Of a DNA stretch of 64,000 nt, positions 28,049 through 36,829 are shown in pieces; positions within the stretch are counted from its first letter, which is position 1, and every line of letters starts with the position of its first letter. Source of the stretch: Armatimonadota bacterium. GTDB lineage: Bacteria; Sysuimicrobiota; Sysuimicrobiia; Sysuimicrobiales; Sysuimicrobiaceae. Under the pieces are notes generated by a model. The model saw only the letters and a list, made by a program, of their open reading frames with translations. It ran no database searches and had not been told where the DNA came from. The DNA is taken from positions 2,292 through 66,291 of the forward strand of contig JANXBY010000038.1 of NCBI GenBank assembly GCA_025060455.1, written 5' to 3'. The translations under genes were made by a program, and so were the position numbers.

Positions 28049-28665
28049 CGGGGCCGCTGCTGCTCCTGGCCGCCTACCTCCTGGGTTCCGTGCCCACGGG
28101 CCTTTGGGTGGTACGCGCGGTGCTGGGCGTGGACGTACGGCAGCTGGGAAGCGGGAACACCGGGACCACGAACGTGTACCGAGTGGCAGGACCGTGGGTG
28201 GGTGCCGTGGTGCTGTTGCTGGACGCCGCCAAGGGAGCGCTGCCGGTGCTGGCCAGCGGCGCCCTGGGCCTGGGGGCCGGCTGGACGGTGGCCGCAGGCC
28301 TGAGCAGCGTGGTGGGGCACAACTGGTCCGTGTTCCTGGGCTTCCGGGGCGGGAAAGGGGTGGCCACCAGCCTCGGAGCGCTGACGGCGCTGTCACCCAC
28401 CGCAGCCGCTGTGGCCGTCGTGGTGTGGGGGACCGCGGTGGTGGTGACCCGCTACGCGTCCGTGGGGAGTCTCCTCGCCATGCTGTCGGTGCCCGTGACC
28501 CTGCTGGCGAGGGGAGAGCCGGGAGCCCACGTGGCGTTGGGGGCGGCGCTGGCGGCACTGGGCATCTGGCGCCACCGGTCGAACCTCCGGCGGCTGCGGG
28601 AGGGGACCGAGCTGAAGGTCACCGACCGGCCGTCCGGCCCCGGCGGGAGGGACGTGCGGGCGTAG
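28045..28665 (+). CDS. plsY: Glycerol-3-phosphate acyltransferase PlsY
   Basis: About 206 aa membrane protein (GSGNTGTTNVYR motif). GTGA overlap with der. Confidence 0.9.
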   Translation: MTGPLLLLAAYLLGSVPTGLWVVRAVLGVDVRQLGSGNTGTTNVYRVAGPWVGAVVLLLDAAKGALPVLASGALGLGAGWTVAAGLSSVVGHNWSVFLGFRGGKGVATSLGALTALSPTAAAVAVVVWGTAVVVTRYASVGSLLAMLSVPVTLLARGEPGAHVALGAALAALGIWRHRSNLRRLREGTELKVTDRPSGPGGRDVRA

Positions 28666-28685
28666 TTGTTGACAATCCAGTCAAC
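28664..28685. promoter_or_regulatory. Perfect 8+6+8 inverted repeat TTGTTGAC-AATCCA-GTCAACAA containing a TTGACA -35-like box; candidate promoter/operator
   Basis: Read directly in the sequence, 26-47 nt upstream of the GTG start of the second livK-like gene. A related half-site (TTGTAGACAA) sits at the promoter at 43036-43064. Confidence 0.4.
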
Positions 28686-28710
28686 AACGTGGTAGCAAGA
28701 CGGCGAGGGG

Positions 28711-29919
28711 GTGGTGGCGGTGAAAGCACCGAGGTGGCTCGCGCTGGTCGGGTTGCTGTGCGGGGCCCTGGTGGCGGCGAGCAGCGCCGCGCCGGTGCGC
28801 AGCATCCGGCTGGGGGCGGTGATTCCCCTGAGCGGGGGACTGGCGGCCAACGGACGGTTCATCCGGGCCGGCTACGAGTTCGCGGTGGAGTACCTGAATG
28901 CGCGCGGCGGGGTGCGGCTCGGGGGACAGCGGGTGCCCTTGGAGCTGACGGTGCTGGACGACGAGTCGGACCCCACCAAGACCGTGAGCCGGATGGAGAG
29001 CCTTGCCCAGATGGGCATCTCCGCCTACCTGGGCGGGGTGGGAAGCCACCTGCACGCCGCGGCCGCGGCGGTGGCGGAGAAGAACCAGGTCCCGTACTGT
29101 GGGGTGGGGTTCGCCCTGTGGAGCATCCACCAGCGCGGCTACAAGTACCTGTTCAGCCCCTTCCCCAAGTCGCCGGAACTGGCCGTGGAGACGTACCGCA
29201 TCCTGAACGCGTACGTACCCCCGGAGCAGCGGCCCCGGCGCGTGGCCATCTTCGCGGAGCGCACCGACTGGGGCAAGGAGCAGGCGGACCTGTGGGTCAC
29301 CCGGTCTCGGGAGTTCGGCTACGAGGTGGTGTTCCGGGGCGAGTACACCGTGGGCGCGCGGGACGTGAGCGACCTTATCCTCCGGGCCCGCGCGGCCGGC
29401 GCGGAGCTGGTGCTGGCTGTACCCACCCCCGTGGACACCATCACCATGGTCCGGCAGATGCGCGAGCTGGGCTTTACGCCGAAGGCCTTCTTCGCGCTGC
29501 GGGGCGCGGACTCCATCGCGGTCCGGCAGGCCCTGGGAAAGGACGGAGACTTCTGGGTCTCCATGCCCGGGTGGCACCACGCGGTGAAGTACCCTGGGGT
29601 GGACGAGCTCAACGCGTGGTACCAGCGGCGGTTCGGCACGCCCGCGGAGGTGGCGGTCGGCTCCGCGGTGGCCTGCGTGCAGGTGATCGCCGCGGCGGTC
29701 GAGGATGCGCAGAGCACCGAGCCTACGAAGATCCGGGACGCGGTGGCCAAGGTGAACCTGATGACCATGGCGGGGCGGGTGCGCTTCCGGCCCGACGGCA
29801 CGAGCCCCGTGCCCGTGATCGCGCACCAGTGGCAGAACGGCCAGAGCGTGCTCATCTGGCCGCGGGAGTTCGCCACCGCGCCCTTCGCGTACCCGGCCAC
29901 GCCGTTCGGGGCGCGCTAG
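28711..29919 (+). CDS. ABC transporter substrate-binding protein, LivK family (orphan paralog)
   Basis: 402 aa. Collinear with, and about 70% identical to, the protein at 7777-8973. No permease or ATPase genes follow. Confidence 0.9.
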   Translation: MVAVKAPRWLALVGLLCGALVAASSAAPVRSIRLGAVIPLSGGLAANGRFIRAGYEFAVEYLNARGGVRLGGQRVPLELTVLDDESDPTKTVSRMESLAQMGISAYLGGVGSHLHAAAAAVAEKNQVPYCGVGFALWSIHQRGYKYLFSPFPKSPELAVETYRILNAYVPPEQRPRRVAIFAERTDWGKEQADLWVTRSREFGYEVVFRGEYTVGARDVSDLILRARAAGAELVLAVPTPVDTITMVRQMRELGFTPKAFFALRGADSIAVRQALGKDGDFWVSMPGWHHAVKYPGVDELNAWYQRRFGTPAEVAVGSAVACVQVIAAAVEDAQSTEPTKIRDAVAKVNLMTMAGRVRFRPDGTSPVPVIAHQWQNGQSVLIWPREFATAPFAYPATPFGAR

Positions 29920-29931
29920 GCGCATTCGACA

Positions 29932-30957
29932 ATGAAGGTCTTCAGACTCGTGGCGATCGGCGTAGCGCTGGCCTTAGCCGGTGCGCGACATGCCGGCGGG
30001 CAGCGGCTACCGGTCCAGCTAGATCTGCCGGTTGTTCCCGCCCTGGAACCCGCTCTACCGGTGCTCGTGGCGGAGGCAGCGGGGTACTTCCGAGGAGAGG
30101 GCGTCGAGGTGACGCGGATCCTCCTAACAGGAGGTGTTTCCATCCGAAATCTCCTGATTGGCGGGCGGGCGACGTTCGGAGTTCTCGGCACCGAGCACAT
30201 TCCACTGGCGCGCACTGCGGGGTCTCCGCTGAAGGCCGTAGCGTCGGTGTATGACCGGCTACATGTCACGCTCATCGTGCGCTCGGGACTTCGGGACCAG
30301 GTGAAGTCGGTGGAACACCTACGGGGACGGGTAGTGGGCGTGACCGCGCCCGGGTCCTTCACCTGGTCTGTTGCCGTGACGTTCCTGAAACGGGCGGGTC
30401 TGGAGCCCGAGCGCGATGTGCGGTTGCTGGCCGTGGGCACGGACGCTCACGTTCTGTATGCGGCCTTGCAGACCGGTCGGGTGGACGCCTTGGCTTTCAG
30501 CGAGCCCGTGCTCAGCCGGGCTGTGGTGGATGGAATAGGGTTCGTACTGGTGGATGTCTTTGATCCCGTCGTGGCGCGGCGGTGGATGGGCTCTGACCTT
30601 CTAATGGTCGGCGTGCTGGCGACCACGGAAACCGCTGCGCATACGCAACCGGAGGTGGTCGGCGCTTTGGTGAGGGGGATCAGCAAAGGTCTGGCGTATA
30701 TCCGCAGCCACGGGGCGGATGAGACCATTCAGCTGGTTGTTGGAAACCCGAAGACGTCGCAGCTGTTGCAGGGGGTATCGCGGGAGCTCGCGGTGCGGAT
30801 GATCCACCGCATTCGTCGGGGCTACGGCACAGGGTGTTTGAGTCCTGCTGGCTACCGGGCGGAGCTGCGGAGGATGATCGACACGGGGGTCCTCCCGCAG
30901 CCGGTGTCCTTTGAGGAGGCTACGGACGCCCGTTGGGCGGGGGTGTGCCCTCGGTAG
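29932..30957 (+). CDS. ABC transporter substrate-binding protein, NMT1/SsuA/TauA-like (orphan)
   Basis: 341 aa with signal peptide and PBP2 NitT/TauT-type fold. Noticeably lower GC than its neighbours. Confidence 0.75.
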   Translation: MKVFRLVAIGVALALAGARHAGGQRLPVQLDLPVVPALEPALPVLVAEAAGYFRGEGVEVTRILLTGGVSIRNLLIGGRATFGVLGTEHIPLARTAGSPLKAVASVYDRLHVTLIVRSGLRDQVKSVEHLRGRVVGVTAPGSFTWSVAVTFLKRAGLEPERDVRLLAVGTDAHVLYAALQTGRVDALAFSEPVLSRAVVDGIGFVLVDVFDPVVARRWMGSDLLMVGVLATTETAAHTQPEVVGALVRGISKGLAYIRSHGADETIQLVVGNPKTSQLLQGVSRELAVRMIHRIRRGYGTGCLSPAGYRAELRRMIDTGVLPQPVSFEEATDARWAGVCPR

Positions 30958-30990
30958 TGCGGGAACCGCGCCGGGGAGGAGGGGACGCGG

Positions 30991-31998
30991 TTGGCAATCC
31001 GGCTGGGCCTGCTGATGGCGTTGCTGGTGGTGCCGGCGTGGGCTGGAGCTCCAGCGACAGCCCAGGCGGCCTTCTCGGGGAGGACGGTCACCATCCTCGT
31101 GGGGTACTCACCAGGGGGCGGGTACGATCGCACGGCGCGCCTTGTGTCTCGCTATCTTCCGAGGTACCTTCCCGGCAGTCCCACGGTCGTCGTGCAGAAC
31201 ATGCCGGGTGCAAACAGCATCGTGGCAGCCAACCACCTGTATAATCTCGTACGGCCAGATGGTTTAACCATCGGACTGTTCGCGCGAAACCTAGTCCTGG
31301 CGCAACTGGTCGGAGTAGAGGGAATCCGGGTGGACATGGGGAGGTGGCAGTGGATCGGGAGCCCGGCGGTGGAGACCGACGTCCTAGCGGTTCGCTCCGA
31401 CTTGCCGTACCGGAATGTCCTAGAACTCCGCCGAGCCGACCCACCGGTGGTGTTCGGAGCATCTGGGCCGGGCGACGTCACCTACGACTTTCCACTCGCC
31501 CTGCGAGCGTTTCTCAATCTGAACATCCGTGTTGTTAGCGGCTACCCAGGGAGCGCAGACATCATGCTGGCGATCGAACGCAAGGAGGTAGACGGACGGG
31601 CAGGTTCCTGGTCCTCGCTCAGGCCGTTCGTCCATCGGGGGCTGATCCGGCCGCTGGTTCGCACACCGTCCGACAACCCAGAGCTGCAGGCGATTCCGGC
31701 GGATCTGGAGCTGCCGGTTGGAGCCCTTGCCCGCGAGGTGCTCCGGCTGCGGGCGGTGCCGAACCGGCTGGGGCGGCCTTTCGTGGCCCCGCCAGCCACC
31801 CCGCCGAACGTCGTGGCCGCATACCGGGAAGCGTTTCGTCGGATAACGGAAGACCGGGAGTTCTTAGTGGAGGCGGAACGGGCAGGTTTGGAGGTGACCT
31901 GGGTCTCCGGCGACGAGTGCCTACGGATCGTGCAGGGGGTGCTAGCCAGCCCTCCGTCCGTGGTGCGGGTGTTCCGGGAGTTCTTTCGGTTCCAGTAG
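30991..31998 (+). CDS. Tripartite tricarboxylate transporter substrate-binding protein (TctC/Bug family), orphan
   Basis: 335 aa with signal peptide. VGYSPGGGYDRTARL matches the Bug-family carboxylate-binding motif. No tctAB nearby. Lower GC. Confidence 0.8.
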   Translation: MAIRLGLLMALLVVPAWAGAPATAQAAFSGRTVTILVGYSPGGGYDRTARLVSRYLPRYLPGSPTVVVQNMPGANSIVAANHLYNLVRPDGLTIGLFARNLVLAQLVGVEGIRVDMGRWQWIGSPAVETDVLAVRSDLPYRNVLELRRADPPVVFGASGPGDVTYDFPLALRAFLNLNIRVVSGYPGSADIMLAIERKEVDGRAGSWSSLRPFVHRGLIRPLVRTPSDNPELQAIPADLELPVGALAREVLRLRAVPNRLGRPFVAPPATPPNVVAAYREAFRRITEDREFLVEAERAGLEVTWVSGDECLRIVQGVLASPPSVVRVFREFFRFQ

Positions 31999-32066
31999 GG
32001 GTTCGCCCATCGGGGCAAGAGCTGGAAAGTCCCGGTGGTGTGCCTTCAATGAGCTTACAGGGGAGC

Positions 32067-33470
32067 ATGATGGAGAAGTCTCGGCCGGCGCGGAGCCTCC
32101 AGGAGGTCCTGGACGCGGTGGGAAATGTGGTGGCCTTTCTGTATAACAACCCCACCGGTGCTCGCCCGTTTCCCGTGGTCCCGCCGGAGTTCACCAACTG
32201 GCGGGACGAACAACACGCGTGGCGTGAGACGGTGGCGTTGTTCGACCTGTCGCACCACATGAGTGACCTATACGTCTACGGGCCGGACGCCTTTGCGCTG
32301 TTGGAGCACCTGGCCATCAACAGCTTCCGCAATTTCCGGCCGGGGATGGCGAAGCAGTTCGTGGCATGCACCAAGGAGGGCTACGTCGTCGGGGACGCGG
32401 TCTTGTTCTACCTGGAGGCCCAGACGTTTCAGCTGGTGGGGCGTCCCTCGGCGCTCAAGTGGGTGCAGTACCACGGAGAGGCTGGTCGGTGGCGGGTGAG
32501 ATGCGAGAGGGACGACTGGTCGTTGGCTGACCCCCATAGGCCGCGGAAGGTGTACCGCTACCAGCTGCAGGGGCCTAACGCTCCCGCACTGCTCGAGAAG
32601 CTCAACGGTGGGCCACTACCCCACGTGAAGTTCTTCCAAATGACTTGGATCACCGTCGCGGGACGGAGGGTGATGTTTTTGCACCACGGTATGGCGGGAG
32701 TGGCAGGCGGGGAGCTGTTCGGCCCTTGGGAGGACGGGCCGGCCGTACGGGGTGCCATCGTGGAGGCGGGCCGAGAGTTCGGCCTGCGCCAGGTAGGGAG
32801 CCGAGCGTATGCCACGAACGCCCTGGAGTCCGGGTGGATCTCTGGGGTCGTACCCGCCATCTACGTGGACGAGGAACTGCGCGCGTACCGAGAGTGGCTA
32901 CCCGCAACCAGCTACGAGGCCACGGGATCCTTGGGCGGCAGCTTCTACTCGCGTTACATCGAAGACTACTACCTGACTCCCTGGGATCTGGGCTACGGCC
33001 ACATCCTGAAGTTCGACCACGACTTTGTGGGCCGCGAGGCCCTGGAGGTCAAGGCCCAGCAACCCCACCGACGAAAGGTCACCCTGGTATGGGACCCGCG
33101 GGACGTGGCCGCTGTTTTCGAAACTCTGTTCACACGCCCGAAGGGGCAACGTGCTAAGTACCTGGACCTTCCTGTGCCCCGGTACAGCATGTGGCAGTAC
33201 GACCGTGTCGAGAGTCCGGACGGCCGAATGGTTGGGATTTCCACCTCGTGTGGCTACAGCTCGAACGAAGGGGCAATGTTGTCGCTCGCCATGGTTGAAC
33301 CCGAGTACAGCGAGCCGGGGACGCGGGTGGTAGTGATCTGGGGCGAGGAAGGCGGCGGGTCGCGGAAGCCGAGCGTGGAGCGGCACGCGCAGGTGGAGAT
33401 CCGGGCTACCGTGGCGCCGGTCCCGTACTCGGAGGCGGCCCGGCGGTACCGCCAGGCGGTGTCGGGTTAG
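32067..33470 (+). CDS. Tetrahydrofolate-dependent aromatic O-demethylase (LigM/DesA-like, GcvT fold), copy 1
   Basis: About 467 aa. Collinear, as far as I recall the sequence, with Sphingobium LigM (LQEVL..., PVVPPEFTNWRDEQHAWRE, YEATGSLGGSF, VLWGEEGGGSRKPSVE). Start chosen at ATG 32067/32070 near GGGGAG; the 31917 ORF start adds an unlikely extension. Confidence 0.85.
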   Translation: MMEKSRPARSLQEVLDAVGNVVAFLYNNPTGARPFPVVPPEFTNWRDEQHAWRETVALFDLSHHMSDLYVYGPDAFALLEHLAINSFRNFRPGMAKQFVACTKEGYVVGDAVLFYLEAQTFQLVGRPSALKWVQYHGEAGRWRVRCERDDWSLADPHRPRKVYRYQLQGPNAPALLEKLNGGPLPHVKFFQMTWITVAGRRVMFLHHGMAGVAGGELFGPWEDGPAVRGAIVEAGREFGLRQVGSRAYATNALESGWISGVVPAIYVDEELRAYREWLPATSYEATGSLGGSFYSRYIEDYYLTPWDLGYGHILKFDHDFVGREALEVKAQQPHRRKVTLVWDPRDVAAVFETLFTRPKGQRAKYLDLPVPRYSMWQYDRVESPDGRMVGISTSCGYSSNEGAMLSLAMVEPEYSEPGTRVVVIWGEEGGGSRKPSVERHAQVEIRATVAPVPYSEAARRYRQAVSG

Positions 33471-33627
33471 AACCGCCTGTTGCGAAGCAGCCTGAGGCGC
33501 GGATGAGCCAGCGTGCGCAACCAGCACGTCACTGGGACTGTGGAGGGGCTGGATCACCGCGTCTCACTCCGGTGACGGGCCCTGGCACGACGAGGCGGTT
33601 CCGTGATGAGGAGGACGGTGGTCTGTC

Positions 33628-35268
33628 GTGACACAGCCGCTGGTAGACGTGGCGCGGTCTCTACATCTCCGGGACGACGAGGTCGTTCCGTACGGCCGGG
33701 ACAAGGCCAAAGTTCTGGTCGACGCCCTGCACCGGCGCCAAGGGTGGCCCGACGGCGCCCTGGTGCTGGTTACCGGGATCAACCCCACCGCCGCGGGTGA
33801 AGGGAAGACCACCACCGCCATCGGCCTCGCGGACGCCCTGCGACGTCTGGGCCGGCGAGCGGTGGTGGCCCTCCGGGAGCCCTCCATGGGGCCGTGCTTC
33901 GGGGCCAAGGGAGGGGGAACGGGTGGGGGCCGGGCCCAGGTGGTCCCCGCGGACGACATCAACCTGCACTTCACCGGAGACCTACACGCGGTGGCGGCGG
34001 CCCACAACCTGATCGCGGCGGTGGCGGACAACGCCCTGTTCCACCGCAGGGTGCCGGGGCTGCGCCCAGACAACGTCTGGTGGCGGCGCGTGCTGGACAC
34101 CAACGACCGTGCCCTGCGACAGGTGGTCGTGGGGCTAGGTGGGGGCGCGCACGGGGTCGCACGGGAGACCGGCTTTGACATCACCGCGGCGTCCGAGGTG
34201 ATGGCGGTACTGTGTCTGGCGCAAGACCGTGTGGACCTGAAGGCGCGGCTGGGCCGGATGGTGGTGGGCGAGCGGGAAGACGGCAGCCTGGTCACCGTGT
34301 GGGACCTGGGCGTGGCGGGCGCCGCCGCCGCCCTGCTGAAGGACGCGCTGCACCCCAACCTCGTTCAGACCCTGGAGGGCACCCCAGCCTTCGTGCACGG
34401 TGGCCCGTTCGCGAACATCGCGCACGGCTGCAGCAGCCTGGTGGCGACCCAGCTGGCGTTGAAGTGTGCGGAGCTGGTGGTCACGGAGGCGGGGTTCGGG
34501 ACAGACCTCGGGGCGGAGAAGTTCGTGCACATCAAGTGCCGCACGGGGCGGCTACGGCCCGGCGTGGCGGTGGTGGTTGCTTCCGTGAGAGCCCTGCGGA
34601 GGCATGGAGGCGCGGGCAACCGTGCGGAGCAGCCTGACCCCGCCGCGGTGGAGCGGGGGATGGCAAACCTGGACAAGCACGTGGAGAACGTCCGCCACCT
34701 GGGCCTGCAGCCGGTGGTAGCGGTGAACTGTTTCGGGGGTGACGCGCGGGAAGAGGTGGAGCTGGTGCTGGATCACTGCGACGCCCTCGGAGTGCCCGCG
34801 GCGCGTTTCCGGGCGTGGGAACTCGGCGCCGAGGGTGGGCTGGAGCTGGCGGAGCTGGTGGACGCCCTCGTCCGCAACCACCAGGGGATCTCCGGGACTC
34901 GTTTCCTGTACGAGCCCAGCTGGCCGTTTGAGCGCAAGCTGGAAGCCATAGCCACTACCCTGTACGGCGCGGCCGGCGTGGATCTGTCCCCGCGGGCGCG
35001 GGCCAAGCTGTCCCGGTACGAGCAGCTCGGCTACCGGGAGCTGGCGGTGTGCGTGGCCAAGACCCAGTACTCGCTGTCGGACGACCCGAACAAGCTCGGC
35101 CGGCCCCAGGGCTTCCGCATCACGGTGCGGGACGTGCAGCTATCCGCCGGGGCGGGCTTCGTGGTGGCCTACAGCGGCGACGTGCTGACCATGCCGGGGC
35201 TGCCCAAGCACCCCGCCGCCGAGCGGTTCGACCTGACCTCCGAGGGGCGGATCGTCGGGCTCACCTGA
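33628..35268 (+). CDS. fhs: Formate-tetrahydrofolate ligase (LigH-like)
   Basis: 546 aa, collinear with Fhs (TPAGEGKTTT P-loop, FGAKGG). GTG start with a GAGGAGG ribosome-binding site. Confidence 0.95.
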   Translation: MTQPLVDVARSLHLRDDEVVPYGRDKAKVLVDALHRRQGWPDGALVLVTGINPTAAGEGKTTTAIGLADALRRLGRRAVVALREPSMGPCFGAKGGGTGGGRAQVVPADDINLHFTGDLHAVAAAHNLIAAVADNALFHRRVPGLRPDNVWWRRVLDTNDRALRQVVVGLGGGAHGVARETGFDITAASEVMAVLCLAQDRVDLKARLGRMVVGEREDGSLVTVWDLGVAGAAAALLKDALHPNLVQTLEGTPAFVHGGPFANIAHGCSSLVATQLALKCAELVVTEAGFGTDLGAEKFVHIKCRTGRLRPGVAVVVASVRALRRHGGAGNRAEQPDPAAVERGMANLDKHVENVRHLGLQPVVAVNCFGGDAREEVELVLDHCDALGVPAARFRAWELGAEGGLELAELVDALVRNHQGISGTRFLYEPSWPFERKLEAIATTLYGAAGVDLSPRARAKLSRYEQLGYRELAVCVAKTQYSLSDDPNKLGRPQGFRITVRDVQLSAGAGFVVAYSGDVLTMPGLPKHPAAERFDLTSEGRIVGLT

Positions 35269-36829
35269 GGGCGCGGGACGCCTGCGGACTGAGCGGGGCG
35301 GGTCGGGGTTCGGGCAGAACTTCCGCGCGGGAGCCCTGACCCCGGAAGTGGTGGACCCACGAGCACGTACCCCGCACCTCTTCCGGCACAGGAGCCACCC
35401 ACGTGGCTTCCCACTGCAACACGCGGCCCGTGTGCTTGGCCAGCCGGTACACGCGCGCGTGGATGCACTCCCGGTCGCCGAACTCACAGGTGTTGCCGTC
35501 GGTGCCGCCGCAGGGGCCGTTGGCGAGGCCCTTGGGGCAGGTCTCCGGGCACACGAAGAAGGTGTGCGGCAGCCGACACGACCCGCACATCTGGCAGCCC
35601 AGCCAGCCGCCCTTGAGGGCGTGCTCCACCCGGCCCAAAGCCCTGCCGGCAGCGCTGCGGGGGTCGGTGCGAGCCACCAAAGCTCCCGCCGCGCGGGCCA
35701 GGGGCGAGCCGTGGTCGAACACCCAACGGTCCAAGGCCTGCAGGATCCGGAACCGGCGGATCTCCGCGGGGGAGGCCAGGGCGTCGTAGGGTGGGGCGTC
35801 CAGGTAGAAGGGGTCTTCGGGGACCAGCCGCACCGGTCGGCGGTCAGGGTGCCGCATGAACTCGTCCCACGCGGACTCCCAGGATCTCAAGTCCGGGCAG
35901 TCGCGCCGCCACCGCTCCACCGCGTCGAGGAGCTCCTCGAGGGTGCGCGGGGTGTGGGCGCCGCACACGTGGGCGCCGGCGAGCCCGAGCCGGGCCGCGC
36001 CTACCACCTGCAGCGCGGCCCGCAGGATGGCCCTCTGGCGGCCGTGGTCCGGAGCCTTTGCTTCTGCCTCAAGACACCGCAGCAGGTCCGGAGGCACGTA
36101 CACCCCCGGCAGAGTAGCTCCCTGCAGGAGCCGCGCGGCCAGCCGGGGAGTGAGCAGCCACACGGTGGCCAGCACCGGGGGGTGCAGGCCCCGCCGGCCC
36201 AACCAGCCCGCCAGCTCCACCAGCTTGCGGGGATCCCACCCGATCTGGGTGATCAACAGGTCCGCGCCTGCCCGCAGCTTCTTAGCGGCCTTCACGTACT
36301 GGCCCAGCAGGGCTTCCTCCCGGTACTTAAAGGGGTTCACTGCCGCGGCCAGCAGGGAGTCCGGAAGCTCGTGGCGGGCCATGCGCAGAGCGTCCACGGA
36401 GTCCAGGTAGCGGGCAGATCCCTCCCGGGGAGGCTCCCTCAGGGCATCTCCGGTCAGGAACAAGAAGCTCTGAAGCCCACCCGTGCGGGCGCGCTCCAGG
36501 TCCCGCTGGAGGTGTAAGGCGGTGCGGCCCTTGCCTGCCCAGTGGACGAGCGGGACGGTCCCGGTGACCTCCGCTACCCGCAAGGCGACCGAGATGGGGT
36601 CGTGGTCGCGATCCGTCCGCACCCGGTCGGAGACGGTAATGGCCGTTGCCCGCCCGTCCTCTTGCAGCCAGCGGGCGAGTGCCGTGACTTCCGACACCAC
36701 ATCCTCCAGGGGCTTTGAGCCCAGGAGGGGCGGTGACTCCACGGTGAGGGCGAAGCCTCTCCGGCCCAGGACCTCCGCGAGGCGGCTCCGGTACCCGCGG
36801 CCGGTGCCCGAGGAGGCGTCGTGCCCCAT
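35261..36829 (-). CDS. Methylenetetrahydrofolate reductase (MetF-like) fused to an MTHFR C-terminal zinc-ribbon domain (MetV-like)
   Basis: About 523 aa from ATG 36829 (MGHDASSG...). N-terminal MTHFR TIM-barrel. C-terminal CQMCGSCRLPHTFFVCPETCPKGLANGPCGG...CEFGDREC cysteine cluster characteristic of MetV. Start ATG overlaps the upstream ligM-like stop (ATGA). The 37057 ORF start is rejected. Confidence 0.8.
   Translation of the reverse strand: MGHDASSGTGRGYRSRLAEVLGRRGFALTVESPPLLGSKPLEDVVSEVTALARWLQEDGRATAITVSDRVRTDRDHDPISVALRVAEVTGTVPLVHWAGKGRTALHLQRDLERARTGGLQSFLFLTGDALREPPREGSARYLDSVDALRMARHELPDSLLAAAVNPFKYREEALLGQYVKAAKKLRAGADLLITQIGWDPRKLVELAGWLGRRGLHPPVLATVWLLTPRLAARLLQGATLPGVYVPPDLLRCLEAEAKAPDHGRQRAILRAALQVVGAARLGLAGAHVCGAHTPRTLEELLDAVERWRRDCPDLRSWESAWDEFMRHPDRRPVRLVPEDPFYLDAPPYDALASPAEIRRFRILQALDRWVFDHGSPLARAAGALVARTDPRSAAGRALGRVEHALKGGWLGCQMCGSCRLPHTFFVCPETCPKGLANGPCGGTDGNTCEFGDRECIHARVYRLAKHTGRVLQWEATWVAPVPEEVRGTCSWVHHFRGQGSRAEVLPEPRPAPLSPQASRALR

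Noticed and set aside
28666-28710. Direct repeat of the tRNA-Pro 3' end at the other border of the putative island
   Set aside because: No copy of TGGTCGGGCCGGGCGGATTTGAACC or a partial match was seen near 28.66 kb. The island hypothesis is kept only as inference.
28104-30254. 716-aa plus-strand ORF and 414-aa antisense ORF (28681-29925) over the second livK-like gene
   Set aside because: Out-of-frame or antisense to a strongly supported binding-protein gene. Low-complexity translations.
31917-32066. N-terminal extension of ligM copy 1 from the 31917 ORF start (50 extra residues)
   Set aside because: The LigM homology and the paralog both begin at MS..LQEVL. The extension overlaps the end of the tctC-like gene and has no ribosome-binding site.
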